A stretch of 64,000 bases of DNA from contig CM039000.1 in assembly GCA_017499595.2 (NCBI GenBank), positions 62,001 through 126,000 on the forward strand, given 5' to 3'. Below the pieces are notes generated by a model that saw only the letters and a program-made list of their open reading frames with translations, was not told the origin of the DNA and ran no database searches. Each line of letters opens with the position of its first letter. Positions within the stretch are counted from its first letter, which is position 1. Position numbers and translations under genes: made by a program. This document shows positions 11,667 through 28,870 of this stretch, one piece after another. Source of the stretch: Psilocybe cubensis (lineage: Eukaryota).

Positions 11667-14600
11667 GATAGTGCGTTTTGGATATCCAAGATAATACCGA
11701 GCAAAACTCACTACTTATACATTATCCAATTTTCCAGTAAACTGTCAAATGCTCTCATAAGACACGTCGATCGGAAGTCACGACTCTACCTCAATAAAAT
11801 GCTTGCACAATGCAACTTTTTGCCAGTTCCCATGTTTCTTGGCACAATATGTGTCCATAAACATCCGTATGCTGCATACGTACATATTTTAAGATATTTT
11901 CAATTACTACCGATTCGATTTTGACTATTCTAATCCACAACCTTGAGAATTTCAGGCGTGTTGCGATGGCATCCGTCAGGTAGTTTGGTAATCAGAAACA
12001 GAATGGCAGGTTGATAACCACAACCTAGCCCAGTTCATCAGAATATCAGAAGGGACTGAGGGACGAGCATTTATCGTCCACATGCTCAGAAACTATGCCG
12101 TAAATTTAATTTTGACTTTAAATGCATCATATCAACATTGTGCGAGTGAAAGAGGTTATCGTTATGCACTCGTATTCATCAAAGCGCAGAACCGCACTTG
12201 AGATAAGGGTAGTTATAACTTAACTTTCTTTCCATGCATTTATATGTACTTCATACAGGAGTGGAGAAGCATCGAATTCACTATGCGTCGTGCAAGGAAT
12301 GAGGAGGCCACGTCAAATGATGGTCGGTCGTAAATAGTCTCCAAGCATCACATCGAGCGTGAGCCTGGTTGATATTAATCTTTGATCACAATAACAATGA
12401 GAAATACCTGGTATCGATCACATATCGAGCCTTGAAAATTTGAATTTGATAGATAATTACTACATTCAATTCCATGGAGTACACCACCTCATTTCCTAAT
12501 AACGTAGATGAATGTTGTAACGACGACGACAAATCCAACGCGGTATCAGAATCCAGTAGATACCACCTGAAAATTGAGAATTCTCCCCTTCACGAAAAGG
12601 CAGCTCCTACAAGTGAGTTTTCCCACTGCCAATACTCGAATGCTGGTCGAGAAATTATGGTCTGACAGCAGGCTACGACGTGTATGCATCATACCAGCTA
12701 ACATTCAGCATCCTTGCGTAAGCTCACGGATGGAAACTAGCTACACAACTATCAGATTCCCGAGTGCCAGTGTTAATATGCACTAGGTTTTTGCCTAATC
12801 ATTGGATTCAGGGTTTTAGAGGAAATTAAAACGCAAGCGCAATCGGAAAAGCCAACCATCGATGTGATTTGAGTTTAAACAGGAATCGCCTGGTGTGCCC
12901 CAGAATCGGCTTAAACGCGTCCTCAGGAGCTAGGTAAAAGTGATTATGAAAAAAGTTGTCAAAATGGAATAATCACCACGGACAACTGGCCCTTGTGAAG
13001 CCGAACCAGCTGCTAAATTCAAAGCTCCGCTAATGGATCAGTAGTCAACCAACAGCCCCGAAGTCGAAGATAAGAGCACAAATATGTAACATTTTGGAAG
13101 ATTCATTGTAGATTGAGTCCCCAACGCTGTTCCGAGACAACCCGCTTAGTTTCACGTTTAATGGCGGAGAACCTATTTAGAGAACGTATTCTTACTATAC
13201 ATGCTTTTTTTTAGAATAGTTATTGGAATCAACACTTGTGAAACTTTCACCTACTGAGCTGGTTTCCAGAAGTCGACGCCTTTGTTAGAGTCACGAGAGT
13301 GTAATATGTTATAACGGCCAAAGAACCCCAAAAACCTGGGTCTAAGTTGACTACTTTGATCTCGAGTTTTAGTTGAGTACCATTCCAGTTCGGAAGGTTC
13401 AGTGTCCTAATAGTAACGTTTTAGTCCGCAAAGGACACAGTTAGAAAGTTGGAGCATTAGTTTAAGAGGTTTTCAAGTTATTGTTGGTGTCCTCCCATTC
13501 CGAAGTCGTTATTCTTGATGAAGAAGAACAAAATTCACAGCTTCCGTGAGAACCCTGCTATTAAAGCTGCCAACGGGTCGCGGAAAGGCACCTATACTTA
13601 GTTGTACCATGAACCATTGACACTAATTATAATATGCAAAAAATATGTAGTTATTTCCGTCGACTCAAAAGATAAACATATCTTTCTCAGAGATGATTTT
13701 TCTTTCCGATATATTCCGTTCCGTTGATCTTTTGGCACATTTGTTCTGGCTATCAGGTATTTCTAGACAAACCATTCGTACATTATGCTGCACCATTTTT
13801 CTTGCTTCATTTCGAACATACATACATATATTAAAATTAATCTCCCATTATTCATCCTCACAAGCAATGGTGGTTGAGCATATATGTTTAAGAGAGAGCG
13901 CAAAACTTGATCGTTCAACTCAAATCTTTTCGTTCTACTATTTGCGTTTTTGAACTAGCAAAGTTAATCCTCCATTGTAGTTCCCACGCTAAATATTCTT
14001 TCACACCCGCCGGCCCATGGATTGTCCACGTTCATCAGTCATCATCGCCATCAGCTGGTCAAATGTATCCGCATCCGCATTCTTCTCGTTTTGTTTTTTC
14101 TCTTTACTGTAAACTATTCATTCCGGTGGGGTGGATCCGGCTAAGAGAAGAATATTTGAGAATCAAAAAAAGGAGGTTTTTGAAAGTCATAGGATCAGAT
14201 AGGGTGAGCGGTACCATTGGTGTCATTCCAAATAACGGCGCTGATTATACCTCAATCAGCTTTATCGATATTCTTGTATCTAGTCATACCATCGTGATAT
14301 CGTCGCTTTTAAGCCGGACCATCGAGTGTTGAGAAAATGAACCTTGAGAGGGAAAGGTTCAGACGTGTCTATTGGACCCACCCATTGGCCTCGCGTGCGC
14401 CTGGTGCTTATCTATTCATCTTCGTCTATTCACCCCGCTGAATGTATACAGGATGCTAAAAATGGGCCGATGACAGGCACATTGAATTGAAGATGACAGG
14501 CTATACCCTGTCGAAGATACGATTCCTTGGGGATCTGTTCAAAGAGATGATCGATGGACCACACATACTTACCAGGTTTTCCTTCTCATTTGGATACTCA

Positions 14601-15001
14601 ACGTCGTTTTACGAGACTAACACAATAACAATTAATCCAACTGGCGAATGCGGAGGAACCCTCGGAGCTAACTGAACAAACCTCCTTTAAACCCGAACAA
14701 CACACTCCCTTTGGCATAGGCACTTCCTCGTCACCGGATTGGCTTCTTATTGCTGTATATCATCGGTATAATCGCTATCCATTAATCCATCCCGGTGTTC
14801 CTCGAACGGCCGCCTCGTTGGCCCTAGTGCGCTGCCCCGCGTGAGCCGAAAACGGCTCGCATAATACTTTGGCGAATCTCGATACTTAGCCGTGCCTAGC
14901 GAAGAAGCAATTTCCTCCGGCGCAGCGCGGATTTGTATAAGGACTCCGCACGCGAGCCAATCCATCCTTTCTTACCCCAGATTTCCCCCATACTCCACTT
15001 C

Positions 15002-16834
15002 ATGACGATATCCATGTTTAGATGGAACCACACCAGCTTATCCTCCAACAAGTCAAAGTCCCATCGTGAGCTCCGCTACGCCACATCGCCCCCTCTTCTA
15101 CCCCCTGAGCTCATCGAATCTATCATCGATGAAGTAGGCCTCTTGGACGACATCCCCACCCTCAAAGCATGTGCGCTCGTTGCTACCCCTTTCGTCTTCC
15201 GCGCTCAGAGCCACATCTTCCGCACCATCGACCTTGACCGTAAGGTTCCCCGCTGGAAGACCCACCATAGATTTCACCGCCTCCTTCTTGCAAAGCCCCA
15301 TCTGGGATTGCACGTGCGCCGGATCCGTGTCGGCGATGATGCAGAGGACGAGTTCGGGAGCCGCGGCGGCAGCAGTAGGCGGCGCGCAGGTGGGGGTGGG
15401 GGCGGGTGGGGAAACAGCGCTACGTGGAATGGGGCTGAATCTGGAGGGTGGATACTGTCATCCAAGACACTGCCTATTACTCTACAGCTCCTCCCGCGGC
15501 TGGAGGGGTTCTCGTTGAGCTTCAACTCAGAAATGACTGACTGGAGGATTATCCCGCCTGAGACACGCGCCGCGATTGGGAGGCTATTCAGACTACCCAC
15601 TCTCAATGCAGTCTCTCTCGAATTTATCAGGTCATTTCCACTGCAGCATCTTCTATCCCTCGCGCGCCTGCGGTACATCGGCCTGTCATGCGTCGAGGTT
15701 GAACCAATGACTATAGGAGCCGCCAATATGCTTCCTCCGGAGCTGGCGGAGGGACGCTGGGTGCCCCGCTTGGAATCTTTGTATCTACGTGGGACTTCCT
15801 CTGCTACCATTAAAGCAGTCGCTCATTCCCTTACATTGTCGTCGTCGTCGCCGTCCCCTCAGACTCTCAAGAAACTTTCCATTACACCGACATTCGAGGA
15901 AGGCTTCTGCGATTCCATAAGCGAGATGATCAACGCTACTGGATCTAACATCACGGTGTTCGAATGGCTCCCTTCAATCCATTTTTGTAAGTGGGATTTT
16001 TCTAGCTTTCTTTTTGTTTTTTGCTCTGTGCATGGTCAGTTGAGGTTTTGTGACTGTGTATGCTGCTTCGTTGGCGGAAGATTATTCTTCTCGGAATCGC
16101 CTTGGCGATCCCTTGGATGGTTCTGAATTTGCCGTCCCTTCTTCTTTCGCCCCACTTGGTTCCTACCCCACATTCGGCGCTTTTGCTTCGGGATTTCCCA
16201 ATCCCTACAATCGCGGTCACTCTATCATCTACCTTGCATTCTGAACACTTTCCTTTGATAACGGTATCTCGAAACTGGTACTAATTTCCCTTTATTTTTG
16301 CAATCTAAATCGCCATATCCAGGCAGCTCAATTGGTTCGATCAATATGGGTGCTCTCCCTTACCTGCGTGTCCTACGCTTCCTCGTGAGTTTCCGCAAGA
16401 CACACTCGCACGGGCCATTTCCAGAGGTCCTGCGCCTTCTAGGCCAAATTTCCTCGTCATCATCCAATGCCGATAATGCACACACACACACACCCAATCG
16501 TATCGAAACGATCATATTTGACTGCCACTGCATTCGTACACCCACCTCCTCCCACCGGTCCCATAGCACACTAGAAAACCCAGACGCAGACCTCAAATCT
16601 CTGCACGCGGACTGGCGTCCCATCGACAAAATTCTTTCCCGCCCCGCCTTTGCCTCCTTGAAGAGCGTGCAGATTCGGCTGTCGACGAGCACGAGTGTGC
16701 CTGCCGCGCGGGAGCGGTTTACGCGCGCCTTTGCGTTCTTGCTACCGGCGCTCCAGGCGCGTGGCGTGGGAATCAGTGTGCGCACTAGAGAAGATGGGGA
16801 TGAGCGATTTGTGTTAGAGGACTTCGGGATTTAG
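15002..16834 (+). CDS. F-box-like protein with LRR-like C-terminus; exons 15002-15986 and 16323-16834
   Basis: N-terminal LPPELIESIIDEV...TLKACALV motif typical of fungal F-box-like proteins. Leu-rich segments LEGFSL, LNAVSL, LESLYL. The GTAAGT donor at 15987 and CAG acceptor at 16322 keep the frame. Confidence 0.8.
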
Positions 16835-18515
16835 ATTGGTGTGGCTTTGCATTCTTCCCTTTTCTTTTGTTTACCAGGATTTTGACCTTTCATACATACT
16901 ACCTCCCTTGACGGACATGATGTTTGTATCATAGCACGTTGTATCGTTTCATCCCTTCCGGTTCGTTCCATGCAGTGTCATTTTTTGTATTAGTATCAAC
17001 TCCGATCAGAATATGACTAGAATGTGTCTTGTATTGGTGACATCTAAGGACGGGTGGCTAGTTACAAGTTACAGCATGGTTTTAATCGCAAGGTCTGTAC
17101 ATCACCGCCTGTTGTCCAGTCCAGGAACTAGACATGATATGATTTACAAAGCTTTCACACATTATCTCTCAAATTAATTGGTACAGTACGTTGTATTTCA
17201 TTCCTTGGGATGTTGTACATAACGCCGTCGCGTCTCTTCACATCAGGGCTAGCCGATCTCTGTCACGTAGGCCACAAACAAGGCGATGGGCGCGACTACT
17301 CGTATCATGCCCTCTCCGTACGTTGCACCAACGAATATTGTAATTGCCAGAAGAAATTTGAGCAACTTGGTCAGACTTGATGCTGATAGGTGGTGCCTGC
17401 TTGTTGATGTGGCTGTGGATGATACTGAGGATGTTGATGAAGGCGATTTAGGCCTTTGTTTGAAGGTCATTTTTGCTCTGGTGTCATTGCTAGCACTGGT
17501 TATTGGGAATGGTGGGTTGCGAGGGTTGCTCATTTCTGCACACCCTGGGATCATCGATAAGAGTAAGGCAACTGGGGCTGATCCTGGTGAAGAATTTTTA
17601 CACACCTACCCAAGCGTGTTCCTTGAGGGCGTAGGTCTGCTTAGGTCTGAAGTTCAGTGGTGGTCAGTGCTCGATGGGATGAAGGTTGTCTCTGTCAACA
17701 TCTGTCAACATATTAAAGGAGACTTCCCTCCTCTACACAGTAAAACTTATCTACCAGCGGTACGTAAAAACCCCTCATCCTGAGTTTTCTCTTCTCTATT
17801 CGGCACCGCTTATCGCGGTTGCTTTTGTCGTATAAAACGGCATCTCTATGGTATAATGTTTGTAAAAATGGTCCGCCATTTTATGACATACATGTGGCAC
17901 CCCAGAGATACTTGCAGCTCTTTGATCACTCGTAACTCGTGCGCTGTACAAAGACACATTTGAACATTCACTTCTATCCAGGTCGAAAACCTATATGCCG
18001 AAAGGCAACTATATTAGGAGCGTGGACAAGACGATGAGGGGTCTGCAGAAACGATTTCGAGACTGTTTATAAATACACGCCGAAATGTTGCTGGCCACGG
18101 AATCCGATCTCCGCCCCCTTCCAATTTCATTTCCGTGTGTATGAGAATTTGGTGGATAGGCATATCGATAATTTCAGCATATAGCTATGGATTGCCAATT
18201 ATAATTTATGTAAATTCAAAGGTGGTAGAACATCTGACATCGAAAGGTCTAAGTACAACCCTTGAAGCTTGCGGCTTATTCGGCTCCCTCTGAGGAGTAG
18301 CTGTTAGCCCTCTCTCCATGCTGAGTCTCGTTACATGTGACGCGCTTTGACAACCGTGATTTTTTGGACATAATACAACAACTTTGAAACTGCACAATCC
18401 GAGAATCTACCTATGGATTCAGAATTACACATTTTGATAGCAATCACGATACCGACATGCGCAGAAGCGGTTCCTAATCAAAGGCAGTGATAACTTCCTT
18501 GTTACTGCTGCAAGG

Positions 18516-19883
18516 TATGGCTGCCCAAGTGGGGAAATATTCCCCGTAAACTTGTTTAGGTTTTTTTCTTATTGCGTGAATCTGTAAAAACTATGTTGGA
18601 GCGCGGAAACATTTTTTGAGTGCGCAGATTGTTTTTTAGGTTAGCCATAAAAATATTTGACTGCGCGGAAACATATTTTGGGCATATTTTTCCAGCGCAT
18701 ATAAATTTCTACTGCCCTCAATTATATTCAATGCATAAACCCTGTGCGCGTAGATACATTTTGTGCCGCAAACAAATTTTTCGATGCGCGGAAAACATTG
18801 TTCAGTTGTACTATTTCTAGCCCAAAGTGACCAGCCGTTATGCCGAGATTATGTAAAATGATCTAAAATGGCACTTCGGCACACCTAAACGAGTTCAAGC
18901 TCCACCTGACAGTGATATTGAGGATTGTGTATTGCAAGGCTAACCCACATTCATTTAATTACAAATTTCTTAGTATATCTAATCTATGCTCTTTTGAAAT
19001 ATATTAATGTTGTTTTAATCAAGTAATGTGGGATAATCGTCTTGAAATCGCCGTGAACGTTGCTTGAACGTGAAGTGTCGCTTTCTTGCACAGCCACTAA
19101 TGCGCAATTGTGATGGCCGCTGCTAATACTTTACTTCGTACACAGTAGTTGCGGGTAATATTTTGACATATTCTCGTAGATACCTATGTAATACATATCT
19201 TACCATGCTTTTCAATTTTATTCTCCTATTCCCTACTCTCCAAATGCACAAATGCGCTCAAGAATGCACTGATTGATGTCTTTCCCACGATAGATGAGGT
19301 TATTTCACACAATGCTAGAGATGTCTGAAATGGCGCACTAGCTGCACCACTAATGGGGAGACCCCAGAACCACTGGGGATTTGCTAATGCTACATGTAAA
19401 GCACTGCAGAAATTGTTATTTTGTCCTATAAGGCAGTACTAGATAGAATAACCATGCATTGTGTATACAACTGTCGGAGTTTGAACTTGTTTTGGTGTGC
19501 CGAGGTGCCATGTTAGATCATTTTACATAATCTCGGCATAACGGCTGGTCACTTTAGGCTAGAAATAGTGCAACTGAACAATGTTTTCCGCGCATCGAAA
19601 GATTTGTTTGGGGCTCAAAATGTTTCTATGCGCATAGGATTTATGCATTAAATATAATTGAGGGCAGTAAAAATTTACGTGCGCTAGCAAAATATGTCCA
19701 AAATATGTTTCCGCGCAGTCAAATATGTTTCCGCGCAATCAAATATATTTACGGCTAAGCTAGAAAACAATCTGCGCACTCAAAAAATGTTTCCGCGCTC
19801 TAACATATTTTTTACAAATTCACGCAGTAAGAAAAATACCTAAATAAGTTTACGGGGAATATTTCCCCACTTGGGCAGCCATA
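18516..19883. mobile_element. Non-autonomous DNA transposon (MITE/foldback-like) with ~400 bp imperfect TIRs and a 6 bp TSD GCAAGG
   Basis: Begins TATGGCTGCCCAAGTGGGGAAATATTCCCCGTAAACTT and ends AAGTTTACGGGGAATATTTCCCCACTTGGGCAGCCATA. Inverted similarity extends over ~18516-18910 and ~19470-19883. GCAAGG at 18510-18515 and 19884-19889. No transposase ORF inside. Confidence 0.92.
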
Positions 19884-20081
19884 GCAAGGGACTGGGTTCG
19901 CGAAGATTGAAACCCTTGATTTAATCTTGCAGATGAAATAAATTTCACAAATGATTCTCAGACCTAAGCAAAGTACATGTTAGCACGAAATGTGGCGACC
20001 GAAGAGAATGATCCCTTGCCGATACCAGTGGTATAAGTACCAGCAACCCACACCAACAGCTCACTCAAAACCTCAACAGAA

Positions 20082-20735
20082 ATGTGGCGACCTACAACAA
20101 GATCCCTCGGTCAAAGTGGTAATGCTGCGTCTTCTCTGGGTACAGTGGCTCTACCGTGGATGTTTGACTTCATTGCTGACAAAAATGGGTCTAGATGGCC
20201 AGACAAAACAAAACTATCCCTACCAAGGAGGGACTGGCGGCAAGCCATTTGACGACTTCCACCCAGACCGAAAAGTCATATCGCACATCCGCATCAGGGC
20301 AGACAAGACAATTGATGCTATCCAGGTTGTATACAAGGACGATCCTGAGCCTACCCAGCTTCACGGTGGCGACGGTGGGGACGCTTACGAGTTCTACCTT
20401 GAGGAAGGTGAGACGATTGTCGAGATTACTGGCCGCGCCGACAAATACATCGACCAGCTTGTGTTCGTAGTCAGCACAGGTAAGTACTGTCGTGCCATAT
20501 CTGATGTTTGGTAAATGAAAATGATATTATAAACTTCATAGGAAGGTCATCTCCCACCTATGGTGGTGATGGTGGCCAGCCTTTTAGCTGGACGGCTGAG
20601 GATGGTTATCATTTCAGGCACTTCACCGGTAGGAGGTAAGTGTAGCCAAAAGTCAATAATTTCACAGGCTTACTTAAGATATCATGCAGTGACAAGAGAG
20701 TTGACGGACTTCAACCTTTCTTCGAGGCCGATTAA
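20082..20735 (+). CDS. Jacalin-like lectin domain protein; exons 20082-20118, 20195-20479, 20542-20635, 20690-20735
   Basis: The spliced product has the three Greek-key motifs GGTGGKPFDD...IDAIQVVY, HGGDGG...LEEGETIVEITGR...IDQLVF and YGGDGGQPF...FTGRSDKRVDGLQP. All introns are GT-AG and in frame. TATAAG at ~20032. Confidence 0.9.
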
Positions 20736-21606
20736 ACAATCAGAAAAATGGTCGAGCCACGGGACATTAAATAGTGGGCAATTTATCGGAAACCGTGAAA
20801 TATATCGTTGAAAAGTGCTTGATAAATACAATTTGTTGTCTTATGGATTTAATATCGACTGAGAGTAACAACACATGATCAAGTTCGGGGTCCAGTTCTA
20901 TAGGCAAACACCGACTTGGCAAGTCGGGGCTATGTCAAAATGATGCTGTCGGGGAAAGCGAAAGAAACTACTGCTTAGGCCATTCAGGGGCACCGTAGCA
21001 GCCAATTCACGGTAAGGTCAACTAAGCCAACCCAGTTTACCAACCCAAATTTACCAAATTCAATGGAAGGCAAGAAGATGACTGGAGGTCAATGACGAAG
21101 CGATACTGAAAAGGCTACTCATCGAGCGAACACACCGGACGACGAATAAAAAAGAACTGAGAAAGCCACAAAAGAAAAAGGACTGCATACACGCGTGTTC
21201 ATCAAGTCTGGAAGTTATATGTATAATTAGAAAAAAAGACGAGAACAGTAAAGCGAACAAACGCGAACACTTTAAGACAAAATAGAATGTCGAATTAAAA
21301 GAAAACCAAAATCAAAAGAGACAAGGAAAAAGGGGGATCGTACAACAGACTATATATCAAAAACAAACAACAAACGCATCGACAAAAGTTTAAACGAAGA
21401 AAAAGATATAACAGCCATAAGTCAAACCCATAGGCACTCGTTGGCTCCACAACAAACACACATTCAAAACTCCTCTAATCCATCCTACAACGTTTACTGT
21501 AAATGCTATCCTTTCTTCGATACCCGCTTTATAGCCTCCTAAAGTCTATATCCACACCGGACAAGCAATCGCAATCCAGGTAAGTTCTATCACAAAGTCA
21601 GTTATC

Positions 21607-24645
<3,039 letters not shown>

Positions 24646-25156
24646 TTATCGGGATTCGATGGATTGGGATCCTGTGATGGCGCGCAGGGCTGGGGTTCGT
24701 CTGTGGAGAGGATTCAAGATAGGAAGAGATATCTTAGCGGAGTAAGGCAGGTCGACGGGGTCGAAGAGATAAGAGAGATAAGCAAAAAAAAGCCCGGGAA
24801 AAAATTTATGGCGTTGGGCCCCTCACCCGGTGAATATAGTTTGTTCCCCCTTGGTATACTCTCTTTCGTTGTTTCTCGTCGTTATTATTCGTGATGAGCG
24901 CCGATGTCGTAGTTGGCGGTGTAGTGGATGTAGCTTAGGCGCGTGTGTAGAGATGGTGGTCGGACGACAACATTAATATATAAATCCGAAATCAAATCAG
25001 ATCAACTCAAAAAAATGCCAAGGAAAGTGTGCCGGAAATGGAAGATTCACCGCGGGAAATACCGGGTTCCTGGATTAAAATCATTGACCGTCCGGCTGGA
25101 GCGCCGCTTGAAAGCTAATGAACTCCGATCTAAGTGGGTAGGCATCGTGGAAACGT

Positions 25157-25802
25157 TTTTGATACATATATATTATGAGAAGTCTTTTTCGTACTAATGA
25201 TATGCATACTGAATATGTATATTCTTCCTTTTGGTTACTACTACTAATGATATGCATACTGAATATGTGTATTCTGCCTTTAAAGAAGAACAACACTTAT
25301 TTAATTGAATGTTATTTCACATATACTAATGGGAACTAGCAATGTGACATGTATAGTGAATAACTGTGTTTTAATTGTACAGTAGACTTACTGTATTCAA
25401 TTGCATACCCCATATATTAGGGGAACATGGTAGATGCAATGAATATGTATATTGTGGTATTATATACAGGTGTTGCATTTTGTTTTCTAAAGCACTATTT
25501 CTTTTTGTATGCTATTAAGGAGGCTTGTGGGTGTTGTAAATTGGCATTCATGCAGCTTGCATATGTAGTATGCAATTATTATGCTGAGATTTTATTGAGG
25601 ATCCACAATTATAAGTATTCTGGAGGTGTAATTTGGAGGTTTTTGTATTATGTTCAAAGTTGTGATGCAACGAGTGGACGGTACGGCCACTGCCTGGCGA
25701 AAATTCTCTCGTCCTGAAGGGGGGATTTGAACCAATAACCACTTCACTCCTCCGGCAATGCATCGTTGAAGTGAACGCGTATGCAGCTATGCCATCCTGC
25801 CC
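25157..25802 (-). mobile_element. Candidate tRNA-derived SINE (or decayed tRNA pseudogene plus AT-rich flank)
   Basis: The minus strand starts GGGCAGGA, then A-box-like TGGCATAGCTGC (25794-25783), a TTCACT/AGTGAA stem and B-box GGTTCAAATCC (25733-25723). An AT-rich body follows, with a duplicated ~50 bp unit near the 3' end and a short A tail. AACGT lies on both sides (25152-25156, 25803-25807). Confidence 0.45.
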
Positions 25803-27852
25803 AACGTCATACCTAACATCCAGCGGGTTTTGAAGTCCAAATCAAACCTTTCGGCAATCAATCGGCATTGTGCCGACAATGATAAAAAAAGGAAGTACTT
25901 AAGGGCATAATCCACGTGCGCCCATTGGCCAGTTATTGTCCGGATCTTGCGCGCTTGAAAAGCGAGCCAAGGTTCCAGTATTTTCCATGACAGAGCACAG
26001 CGAGCAGCGCATTCCGCAGCGCATATATCGTCGTCGCCGTGTCTCTAAAACCTACCAAAAAATTCACGATTTACTCATGCACTCCCCCGGCAACTTCTCT
26101 GGCTATTGCAACTCCCGAGAGTGTGCTGGGTTTGCGATCCTCATTTTTTCACAGCGTGTTGAAACCCGCAGCAGCTCTGCGAAAATTTGCGCGTTGTCTG
26201 CGAGCATCGAGTCGGTTATGATCTGGGAGGATGGACGTGTGTGTGAGTGCAACTCGTTTGTGTTGTGCAATGGATCGTACTGCGGTTTCTAGGTTCAAAT
26301 GTGCACGCTACTGTCGACGTCCAAGACCTTCCCAAGATGACAAGGCCATGCCCAACGTCCTCCTTTGCAAACCCATTCCGAATTGCGAATCTCGTTTATA
26401 CACTTCTTGCTATCTACTTCTCGGTTCCAAATCCCATTTCCGTTTCTTTCCGGGCCCTCATCCTGTCTCCTTTCCGCGTTTTACCTGACAGGATTGTGAT
26501 TCAGGTTTTGCATGTCAAGCCGCAACCGGACTGTCAGCTTCGAAATTGGGTTGGAACTTGAGGGTAGGATTCGGCCTTTGACTTGGCGTGTTCTTGGAAC
26601 TGGAATCGGAATGAGAGAATCCACGTCATTCACACCCCCACACCCCGCAGCAGGAGCTCCTCATCTAAGTATATCTCTGGTACCTTCGCACTTTAACTTT
26701 AGGCTTAGACTTGGCTTGGGCTTGGGCTTGGGCTCAATTGTGTACGGATTGAATGCCGTTGCGGAAGTCTATCTAGTGATCTTCTGCCAGGCGCTTTCTT
26801 TCTTAACTGCGACACGGACGCGGATAAATACCCCAAACCTCAAAATCTATCGCTTCTATGAATCAAGACAACGGAATGGATCGAAGGCCTTTATGAAAGT
26901 CAATGAAGATAACAAATCGCTGACTCGTCGAATGCGTACAAATCGCATATCACAGCTCCATCGTCTCGCCGCACATCCCAGTGAGTCTGGGATGTGCGGC
27001 TAGTATACTAGCAAAGCGCTGAGTTGAGAAGCCTCTGATGCATCACTTACCTGCGCCACTAGATCCTCATTCCGAGGCACTAATGTTGTGAAAACAAGCC
27101 ACGGTGAGCCAACTCACAATATTATTGACTTACATGCTTATGATACAGTCGATCACCGTCATTGGGTTCGTCATTCTTTGCTATGGTGTCCTGAAGTACA
27201 TCTACGCTTTCAAGGTAACCCAAATCCCAAATATTGATTGAAACTACGACATGCATTATCGCAGAATTCACATTCATTTCATTCGTAGAGTCATGTACAC
27301 GATGGACGGTGAGCAATTCATTATTCTAGCGGCGAGTGCAGGGTACCAAGCTTAATTATGCATGCGCAAACGATATAGAAAAATCCCTCTACTGTTGCGC
27401 TGACGACCAAGTAGGCGGCTATTCAAATCCATCCACTCTGGACAATACGCGAAAACATCGTTCTCTTGCTTTGTTTTACGCCATCCAGATCACCTCGCAA
27501 ACGGGACTGACGAGGGTTCAGAGCCCAGATCACGCCTTCCCATAGCGACAGAACGGCACGGAAGTTTGGACGAGGCCGATTGTTGGGGACTTCGACGTTT
27601 TATCGAGGAATAAGATTACCTAGCCATCCACTCTTCATGTACTTCCTGTAGATGGACTCTCGGGGTAGGTTGTACACACAAGCACGTTATCGGACAGATG
27701 TTTTTAGCCTCTCATTCATATTTCGCGTACGGCAGGATATGCAAGATATCATGGGCGGCTCTCCCCCCTTCGCGCGCTGCTACTTAAGTGGTACATGAGT
27801 ATTTTCGTACATATCTCTGCAGTAACCCAGTTGTTTATTGTTTAACAATCCC

Positions 27853-28870
27853 TCACGAATCAACCTTTACTTCTTTCTCGCGCTTCAAGTGTCTTTTTCT
27901 CTTCTTCCGAATCGGAAAGCCATTGTCATCCAATCCTAAACAAAATGAGCAAATAGATATAACCATTCCGTATTAAAGAGCTTACCCAATTTTGCGCTTC
28001 CCATCATCAATAGGATCCCACTAACTATTGCCATTGAACGGTAGTTGGGAGAGATGGGCCAATTTAAGCAGGCTGCTACATTCTTTCCAAACTCTTTGTC
28101 CTGAAAACTCATAGCACGGACTGTAAATTGTGCAAAGGATTCGGGAAGGATCGAGACCATCTCGAAGTCAATAAGGCACACCTTTCCACTTTTATCAAGT
28201 AGAAAGTTGCTTCGGGCCATGTCCGACTGGGTGAAAACCAGTTTTTCCCCTGCAAAACTTACTTTTGATGGCCTTGAGTACGGATGCGTATGATCGACTC
28301 CCTACGATGATATAGTTAATGGTGTATTACAACTTTATCCACTATTTTACGCACCTTGTTCACGTATCTCTCAAGTGCATCAATGCTCTCGAAGCGTAGA
28401 GGGGCATCGTAATCTTTAAAAAACCTATTATGCGCATAGCCGCCTCCAAGGTCTCCTATGCCTGCCCCGGGAGGAATAGGCACGTCGCGTAGCCACTGAA
28501 TTGCCTTCGCTACTCCCTCGTACGATGTATCCGCTGGAGATGCGCCCTCAATGTTCTCCATCACAAAGTACCACCGTCTATCATCATGTTCGCTGAAGTC
28601 GTCATCCATATCCTCAATCTCCCCCTTGGATGCTTTAAAGAAATCCACCGGTTGGGGAACATGTGGAGCTTCTGGGTCCTCCGCAGACATCCTATAGATG
28701 TACTTCTGAGTGTGGTACTGGAATCTTAGATAGCTACAAAAGCCGTATTTGATGAAATATTTTCCCATGACAGTGCAAAGGCGTGCAGGAGTGACGCTCG
28801 ACTTCATTTCCTCCATGCAGCAGTGCTGAACAATTTCCAACCGTTCTGACGTAAATAGTGTGGATTCCAT
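27853..28870 (-). CDS. Protein kinase-like / APH-family phosphotransferase, copy 1 (3 exons)
   Basis: YFIKYG, PHVPQPVDFF, YFVMENIEG, catalytic-loop-like FTQSDMARSNFLLD and CLIDFE. Intron 28354-28302 is in frame. The last exon is GLDDNGFPIRKKRK...DS*. Confidence 0.8.

Noticed and set aside
17249-17783. ORFs on both strands, one with a hydrophobic C-terminus
   Set aside because: I could not build a consistent start and splice model and saw no known motif. It may be a small gene or pseudogene but is unsupported.
25710-25802. Functional tRNA with a TCA (Sec/opal suppressor) anticodon
   Set aside because: A CTTCAA loop can be drawn, but the acceptor and T stems do not pair, so it is at most a relic or SINE head.
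25900-27600. Several 60-160 aa ORFs
   Set aside because: No recognisable domains or consistent exon structure on either strand.
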